Source: Histomonas meleagridis 2922-C6/04-290x (Eukaryota; Protista; Parabasalia). Taken from it: 64,000 nt of DNA. The notes under the pieces are model-generated. The model saw only the letters and a program-made list of their open reading frames with translations, did no database searches and was not told the origin of the DNA. A program made the translations under genes and the position numbers. How positions within the stretch are numbered: position 1 is the first letter of the stretch; every line of letters begins with the position of its first letter. Of the stretch, positions 56,801 to 64,000 are shown in pieces. Where the stretch lies: assembly GCA_020184695.1 (NCBI GenBank), contig JAANOX010000279.1:246486-310485 (forward strand), read 5' to 3'.

Positions 56801-57796
56801 CATCTGAATTTAGCCATATTGAAGTAGTTAGATTACTTCTTGAACATAATATAATCGATATCAATAATAAACAAGATAAATCAAAATAATATTAGGAAAT
56901 TATTTAAATTATTTTGGACAGCACTTATGAATGCATCTTATGAAGGTCATACAGAAATAGTTAAATTACTTCTTGAACAAGAAGGAATTGATATTAATGC
57001 TAAAGATATTTATTTGTTTTATTTGAAATTTATTTTAATAATTTTATATTTCAAAATAATATTTGGAAATGATTTAAATTATTTAGAACAGCACTTATTT
57101 ATGCATCTAAAAATGGTCATATAGAAATAGTTAAATTACTTCTTGAACAAGAAGGAATTGATATTAATGCTAAAGATATTTATTTGTTTTATTTGAAATT
57201 TATTTTAATAATTTTATATTTCAAAATAATATTTGGAAATTATTTAAATAATTTTGGACAGCACTTATTTTAGCATCTTGGAAAGGTCATACAGAAATAG
57301 TTAAATTACTTCTTGAACAAGAAGGAATTGACATGAATGTTTCAAATATTTAAATTATTAATTTCATGTTTAGTTGTGTTGTTTATGATTAATTCAAATT
57401 ATCTGGAAATTTACTTGTGCTTGAATCTTCGCAAGGACACATAGAAATATTTAAATTTCTGCTTGAGCATAAAGGAATTGATATTAATGCTAAGGATATT
57501 TATTTGTTTTATTTTATAGTATTTCAAAATAAATTTTGGAAATTATTTAAATCATTTAATACAGCACTTATAAAAGCATCTTCAAAAGGTCATACAGAAA
57601 TAGTTAAATTACTTCTTGAACAAGAAGGAATTGATATTAATGCTAAAAATATTTATTTGTTTTATTTAATATTTATTTTAATAATTTTGGAATATTTCAA
57701 AAAAATATTTGGATATTATTTAAAATATTCAAAACAGCACTTATGTATGCATCTGAAAATGGACATACAGAAATAGTTAAATTACTTAAACAATAA
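53819..57796 (+). pseudogene. DUF3447 + ankyrin-repeat gene (locus 4) with 61 short inserts and additional homopolymer frameshifts
   Basis: DUF3447 region at 53987-54775 and 17 spacers between 55054 and 57733, ending TALMYASENGHTEIVKLLKQ*. Extra frameshifts near 53937, 54755-54950 and 55535 are decay or sequencing error. Confidence 0.75.
55054..57733 (+). other. 17 ankyrin-loop spacers with 2-4 inserts of 17 nt each
   Basis: Spacer lengths are 81,80,80,80,82,80,63,80,80,63,60,43,80,80,60,63,83. All equal n x 17 + whole codons except two with an 18- or 19-nt unit in homopolymers. Confidence 0.9.
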
Positions 57797-58310
57797 AAAA
57801 TCGAAAAAGAAATTTAACTCAAAGAATCTAGATGTTATAAAAAATTATGTCTTCAAAAATGCGTTTAATTTATAAAAAAATTTATATTTCATATCCTTTA
57901 TTTTGTTTTTTTAATTTTTTTATTAGAAATGAAACATGTTGAGAGCCTTTTTCATTTAGGCATCATAAATATGTGTCTTATATCAAAAAAATCATCATAA
58001 AACGCATAAAATTAACACTAGCGAATTCAAGCCAATGAGATCAAATCAGAAATTTTAGATTGCAATATTACTGTAAGTTATAAGACAACACTTGATTTTG
58101 CTTTGCATCATCAAAATTTACTTAACAACTATAATGAAAAATTTACATTTGGTGTAGCACACAAATGAAATCAAATAAACGGTTTCAAGACGTACAATTT
58201 TTTTGAAAAATAAGACGATTAAATATTTAACAAAAAATTGATAACAATATGATCGTTTTCTGTTTGCCCATAAAAATAACAGAATAAAAAATTTTCCCAC
58301 TGTTATTTTT

Positions 58311-58943
58311 ATGTTTGATCCACATCGTATTGGACCTATTAGTGAATCTTATTATTCACGTAATAAGGGACGTGTTATACAACGTAAGTTGGTACCTCCT
58401 ATTAATCCACCTCTTACTAAATATGATCTAGATCGTGCTTATGAAGTTCTTAAGAACAATGGTAGGATTCCTGATTATACTATTCAAGATACCATTGTTA
58501 ATTATCCTGGTGGTTCTAGTACTAAAAGAATTGCTTATGAAATTGGATCTACTATTAAGGTTATTATACCAATATCTTTTATATCTATTTCAGATATTCC
58601 TGGTTTTATTTCATTATCACAATTTACTTATATCACTAATTTAAATCAGACAATAGATCCAACACATTATTATGTTATTATTCAAATTGAACCTAATCAA
58701 CCCAATTCTGAATATACTGAGATATATGTCAATTATTTACATCAATCATCTATTTCTAGTTCAGGTACTTATTATTATTATTTATATGATTTTGGTACTA
58801 CTTATCCATCAGTTAATAATCGAACAGTTGGTTTTTTTACATCTAATAATTCTCTTGTATTTTATATTCGTGAAACCAATTTTGAAGTATCTGCACCCAG
58901 TGTTTTAATTGTTCCTAATTCTAATTATTCATTTAATTTTTAA
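58311..58943 (+). CDS. Hypothetical protein, 210 aa, possibly of virus/Maverick origin
   Basis: Open ATG-TAA frame with strongly T-ending codons and Tyr/Ile/Ser/Pro/Thr-rich, beta-strand-like composition. It differs from the host genes in the window. Confidence 0.6.
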   Translation: MFDPHRIGPISESYYSRNKGRVIQRKLVPPINPPLTKYDLDRAYEVLKNNGRIPDYTIQDTIVNYPGGSSTKRIAYEIGSTIKVIIPISFISISDIPGFISLSQFTYITNLNQTIDPTHYYVIIQIEPNQPNSEYTEIYVNYLHQSSISSSGTYYYYLYDFGTTYPSVNNRTVGFFTSNNSLVFYIRETNFEVSAPSVLIVPNSNYSFNF

Positions 58944-59685
58944 TTGTAAAATGTAAACCATTCAATTGATTTTAAGATAATTTCTTTTTTCTATCGGTTT
59001 TTCTGGTTAATTTTTTTTTTCTTTTCGACTCAGCACATAAGTGATAATAACAAAGTTTGTTCACTCTATGGGCAATTGAGAACTTTTTTCTTTTTTTCTT
59101 TTAAACCAAGGTACCCCCTCCCCCAAAGAGAGCCCTAATGGCGAATGAGTGCATTTATCACAAACCTGCCGTAGCCCGACTCCGCGGAGCACTTTTTTTA
59201 TAAAAGGGCGTAGACAGGTGATCAGTATAAAGTGTACTAGGGGTGAGGGTCAGGTTTAAATTTTATTTTTCAAATAAGCGTTATTCGAGGACGTTTAAAA
59301 ATAAAAATAATTTTTGCTAGGCTGTCATATTGCGTAGAACGTTAGTGGTACCTGAGCAAGATTATATTACCTAGCAAAAATTACAAGAAATTACTCATAA
59401 CGGTCGCCCGATAGTTTGAATTGAATACTTTATTTTTTATATCTAATTCATTTTGATCATCAACCGTCACCAAAAAAAATTGCTCATAACGGTCGTCAAC
59501 TCAAAAATATTTGTATTTTGAAACATAAAAAACATAAAACAAGCGCATAATATGTGAAATATACATCCTTTGCATTGATATCACTTACTTCTTGTTCAAG
59601 AAGTAATTTAACTATTTCTCTATAACCATATCTAGATGCAAAAATAAGGGCAGCACAAAATAGTTTATATTATTACCAAATATTA

Positions 59686-60766
59686 TAGGGGGGACGGAAA
59701 TGTTTTATCCTAAATTTAATAAAATCGAAATAAAAGATTTTAATTATTTTTTTTAGGTTTACTTATGATAGTAGTTACCTTTGTTCTTTATCACCCATTG
59801 ACATCTTTCAATCCATTCTTCAAAAACTTTTGCTAAATTATCCTTTGAAATTTCACACAAAATTTCAGTTATTTTATCGTGCAATTGTTGAAAATCATCG
59901 AATTTTTCTCCTTCTAGTTGATTTTTTAAAAAACCAAATAAAAAGAAATCTGAAGGAGCAAGATCTGGTGCATATGGTGGCTGTGGAGCTCTTATAAAAT
60001 TATTATCAACCAAAAATTTAGTTGAAGCATTAGAGGTATGGGGAGATGCATTATCGAAATGTAAAACATATGGGTTTTCATTGGGCTTTTTTCTTTGTGG
60101 GTATACAATTTGCTTCAAGGGTTTAATTATATTATTAATAAAATACTTTGATTTAAATTTTTCACCATCTTTCATAATATCAACTATAAAGAATTGATCA
60201 ATATTCCAAAAGATAGTTACCATATATTTTATCATGTCAATTTTTGTATCGATAATTTCAGGTAAATTATCTCTTGATTGTGACCACATATGCTTGTGAT
60301 CATATGATAAGAAAAACCATGATTCATCCCCGATTATGATTCTATGGAAACCTTTTCTCTTACTAACTTTTAAGATATCAAGAAGCTCAGTTGCTTTTCG
60401 CACTCTTTCTTCTTTCATTTCACATGTCAGTTCATATGGAACCACTCTTAAATTATTATAATTATGGAAGCCTAATTTATTGAGGTGATCATTTATGGTG
60501 GATCGTGGTATAGATAAGGCTTCACTTAATGTATATGTCGAATGAAATGGTTCCATTCCGAGTGCAGCCAAAATTTTTGAATCAATGAAATCAAGTACTG
60601 GTCTTCCTGGATCTTGAATGTTTGTTATTTCAGATCTCCCTAATTTAAATTGATGCACCCAATATTTTATGGTATTAATATCAAGTGCATCTTGGTGATA
60701 AACATCATCTAACTCTTGTTTAATTTGGCTGAGTTTAAAGCCTTTTCTTTTCAGGAAAAATATGAC
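59686..60766 (-). mobile_element. mariner (DD34D) element, 5' end truncated by a nested insertion
   Basis: Transposase VIFFLKRKGFKLSQIKQEL..YWVHQFKLGR..GDESW..HFDNASPH..PYAPDLAPSDF (D34D), stop at 59759. Probable 3' TIR begins tagggggga at about 59686. The frame is cut at 60766. Confidence 0.88.
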
Positions 60767-61163
60767 TTACACACACACACAGCACAACTTCACTTCGTTT
60801 CATTGTGCACTTCGCTCCGCTCGGTGTGTGTTCTCAGCTCACTCGCGTTCGCTTCGAAGAATAAAGTTTACTTTCAAATAACAACAATTTCAAATAAATA
60901 ATATGTTAGAAATGTAACTGTTACAAGTTACATATGTGCTACGCACAACATTCAAATGGTAATAGGAAAACCTCTAAAATTCCTATACTTTTGTAGTGTA
61001 ACATTGTAACATTTGTAACATGTAAATAAATCAATATAGATAATAAAGTATAATAAAGTATAAGGGATTTCAAAAATAGACGTTACAGACGTTACAAAAG
61101 TTACACTAATAATAAAGGAAATAATGATGAAATTTATAGTACTTTTGATACAAAAATAATGGT

Positions 61164-61260
61164 AGCTACAGGTTACAGAAGTTACAAGCTACAGGTTACA
61201 GAAGCTACAGGTTACAGAAGTTACAGAAGTTACAGAAGCTACAAGTTACAGAAGTTACAA
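61164..61260 (+). repeat. Minisatellite of gttacagaa / gctaca(g/a) units
   Basis: agctacaggttacagaagttacaagctacaggttacagaagctacaggttacagaagttacagaagttacagaagctacaagttacagaagttacaa. Confidence 0.9.
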
Positions 61261-61352
61261 AAATAATCTCAAAATAATTTATGAATAAATGTATCTCCAA
61301 AAAAGTATATGTTTATAAAATTTTAACATTATTTTTATTTGTAGCAAAAGAT

Positions 61353-62762
61353 ATGACAACCGTTACAGAACAAAAGTTAACATTTGATGACGTTAAAAAT
61401 ACTACAATTGATATAAATGATAAATTTAATTTAATGGATATTCGTAAAAAATGTCCATATGATTTAAATTAATTAGATGTATTAGTTGATATTAAAAAAT
61501 GCTTTGTAGTATGCGATTCAACGCCAGAAGTCTTTATGTTTAAAGATTATGACGGCTTAAATAATTGTGTTAAAGTTAGTTATACTAATGAGAAAATTGC
61601 TATGAGTAAATTAAAAAAGATTATTGTCGGCAATAGAATTGAAGGCAAAAAAACAAAATCAATAAATGCTCGGGATTTATACTTAGAAAATACATTATTA
61701 TTTACTGTTAAAGCATTAAAATTTTATAGTGAAGACCCAGAAATATACAGTTATTTTAGAGGTTATGATTATAATAATTTAGATGAAGTTAAACAAGAAA
61801 TTATACAACCGTTTTTAGATCATGTATTAGAAGTAATATGTGATAATAACCGAGAAATTTATAAATATATATTAATATGGATAGCATCAATATTACAAAA
61901 ACCCAATTTTAAAACAGGTATAGCTATTGTTATACTCGGTAATCAAGGAGTTGAAAAAAATACATTTTTCACTGATATTATTTGTAAATTAATGGCCAGA
62001 TATGCTAATAAAAATGTTACTAATATTGAAAATATTGTCGGTAAGTTTAATGCTACATTAGAAAATAAGAAATTATTAGTATTAAATGAATTACAAAATA
62101 TAGATACTAATAAGTTTTTAAACTCTGATGCATTAAAATCAATTATTACTGATGATACTATCAATATTAATCAAAAAAATGAACCTATATAAACAGTTGA
62201 AAATGTGGCTAATTTCTTTATGGTTTCTAATAACGATATCCCAATTAAAATTGATAATGATGATAGAAGATATTTAGTAATTACAGCTTCAAATAAACAT
62301 AAACAAGACTTTTATTATTTCATCAATTTATATAATACATTTTACTCTGAGTTCTATGAAAACTTATTTACATTCTTTATGATGATGAATACAACTAAAG
62401 TTAATCTCAGAAATATACCTAATACTGAGGCTAAAGACAATATTAAAGAAGCCTCTATGTCATCATATGAAATATTTGTTAGAGATAATTATGATAAAAT
62501 TAATAATATCACAGGACCTAATTTATTTAAATTATATTGTGAATTTGTAGATCAAAATAGATTTAATAGTTGTTCATCTAAAACATTTATAGCTAATATT
62601 AAAAAATATACTGGTCAATCTATTTGTGTAAGAGTTAATGGTAAAGTAGAAAGAGTATATTGTTTAAAGGGGGAATATTATAATGAATATAAAGTCTATC
62701 ATGATAAATTAGTTGAGTCCTGCACAGAAGAAATTAATGATGATTTGTATATTGCACATTAA
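61353..62762 (+). pseudogene. D5-like / SF3 primase-associated helicase, inactivated
   Basis: Three ORF-track pieces share one frame, split by TAA at 61470 and 62190. Motifs: GNQGVEKNTFF (Walker A with G>E), KFNATLENKKLLVLNEL, NFFMVSNN and DDRRYLV. Confidence 0.8.
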
Positions 62763-62934
62763 CAATTAGAAGAGTTAGTGAATACTGAACTATAATAGCA
62801 TTAATAATTTAATCTAAAGTTATCGTAATTATAAAATGTTCAAAAACAATATGTCAAAGTATTATTTTTATAAGTATTGTTTTTATAAGTATTGTTTATA
62901 AAATTTTTTAATTTTTTTTATTCTACTATATATC

Positions 62935-63502
62935 ATGAGTGCTGATGGCCAATGGGTTAGTTGCGTTGTTGATTCTGATTACGAAATATGTAATCAATAT
63001 CCTTATCAAATAAGAAGAAAATAAAATAAAAAGATTATCAAAGAACACTTGAATTGTGATTATATCAAATGCTATTTAAATAAAAAACTATATTTGAAAC
63101 ATAGAATAATTGCATTACAATTCATACCAAATGATGATCCTGACAATAAATTAGAAATTGATCATATTAATCATATTAGATCTGATAATAGATTAATTAA
63201 TTTACGTTGGGTTTCTAGTAGTGATAATAATAAAAATAAATCATCACATAAAGGATATGAATATGTTGATGATATTGATGACGATTGTATTTTAGTTGAT
63301 GTATATGGAAAGTATTCTTTTGAAAATTATTATTATGACGAGAAAGAAGATACATTCTATTTCTATAACGGAATCAATTACAGAAAACTAAAAAAATAAT
63401 TATACAAAATATAATAAAGCATTTGTTTATGCAAGAGATATAAATAATAAGCAAGTAAAAGTTTATTATTCAATTTTTATAAAGCAATATAATTTAATCT
63501 AA
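62935..63502 (+). pseudogene. HNH endonuclease (HNH_3 type), disrupted
   Basis: ATG at 62935, in-frame TAA at 63022, HRIIALQFIPN..EIDHINHIRSDNRLINLRWVS..NN.N, frameshift near 63395. Confidence 0.8.
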
Positions 63503-63522
63503 GTTATTAATATATGTCATAA

Positions 63523-63726
63523 TTAATATTTTTCTTCGCCTTCTGCGACAATTATTTCATTTTTGTTTGGATCAAACATTAGTATGAAACGTCCTTTAGA
63601 TATATTTGTTAACGGTTCTTTTATTTTTATATTAATATTATCATGTATATCATACGGGTTTAAACCTAATTTTTTAGACTTCTTTGATGTATTACTTTTA
63701 GCAATTATAATATATTTATATATCAC
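63523..63726 (-). CDS. Small hypothetical protein of the element
   Basis: 67-aa ORF with protein-like composition inside the element. Start uncertain. Confidence 0.35.
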   Translation of the reverse strand: MIYKYIIIAKSNTSKKSKKLGLNPYDIHDNINIKIKEPLTNISKGRFILMFDPNKNEIIVAEGEEKY

Positions 63727-64000
63727 TAAGTCCTCAATATAAAAATTGATTAAATCATCGTGAAAAAATATAACCTAAAAAAAGTCTCAAAATGACCATT
63801 TTGCTCAAAAGTGACCATTTTATCTGGCAATGTTGCCGGATCCGACAATGAACAAAAACACTATAAAAATAGCTTAAATCATCGTACTTCTAATACATAC
63901 TCTTTATATAATCATTTAACTAAAACACTATATAAAACTAAATTTTAAAAACGGCTACTGTATTATTATCAATTCTTGAAGTAATTTTTCCTATAATCAT

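Larger units (their letters stand above)
60767..64000. mobile_element. Left end of a Maverick/Polinton-like or other large DNA element
   Basis: Starts with an (AC)n tract exactly where mariner homology stops. Contains subterminal repeats, an SF3/D5-type helicase and an HNH endonuclease. No DNA polymerase, integrase or capsid gene is inside the window. Confidence 0.6.

Noticed and set aside
61353-63399. TAA-to-Gln genetic code suggested by three in-frame TAA codons in element genes
   Set aside because: Host genes in the window end in TAA, the helicase Walker A is also mutated, and the HNH gene has a frameshift. Ordinary decay is the simpler explanation.

Overview
AT-rich, intron-poor eukaryotic genomic window, most likely a parabasalid (trichomonad/tritrichomonad-like). 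This assignment is inferred from TCA(C/T)T initiator elements, M3/M5-like motifs at ribosomal protein promoters, DUF3447-ankyrin genes, a Myb-fused Tc1 transposase and a Maverick-like end. It carries about 20 ordinary single-exon genes (HSP70, V-ATPase c'', RPS15, endosulfine, Rab, AK9-like, nucleotide-sugar transporter, Raptor, PP2A-A, VPS35L, UEV-RING, DBP8, Ran, VPS29, RPL19, eIF4E, Fe-ADH), one tRNA-Leu(AAG), several pseudogene fragments and three transposable elements. Main result: four ankyrin-repeat loci look like frameshifted junk in the ORF track but are precisely organised. In the beta-hairpin loop of every ankyrin repeat, single codons are separated by AT-rich inserts of almost exactly 17 nt with no GT-AG ends (typical 80-nt spacer = 4 x [17 nt + 1 codon]). 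Removing the inserts restores consensus loops such as KD-K-Y-G-D-TAL and converts 35326-41498 into one stop-free ORF of about 1382 aa. About 200 such inserts were counted by hand in this window, and loops with 2, 3, 4 or 5 inserts occur. This points to an uncharacterised non-canonical micro-intron, excision or recoding system. The mechanism cannot be determined from DNA alone.
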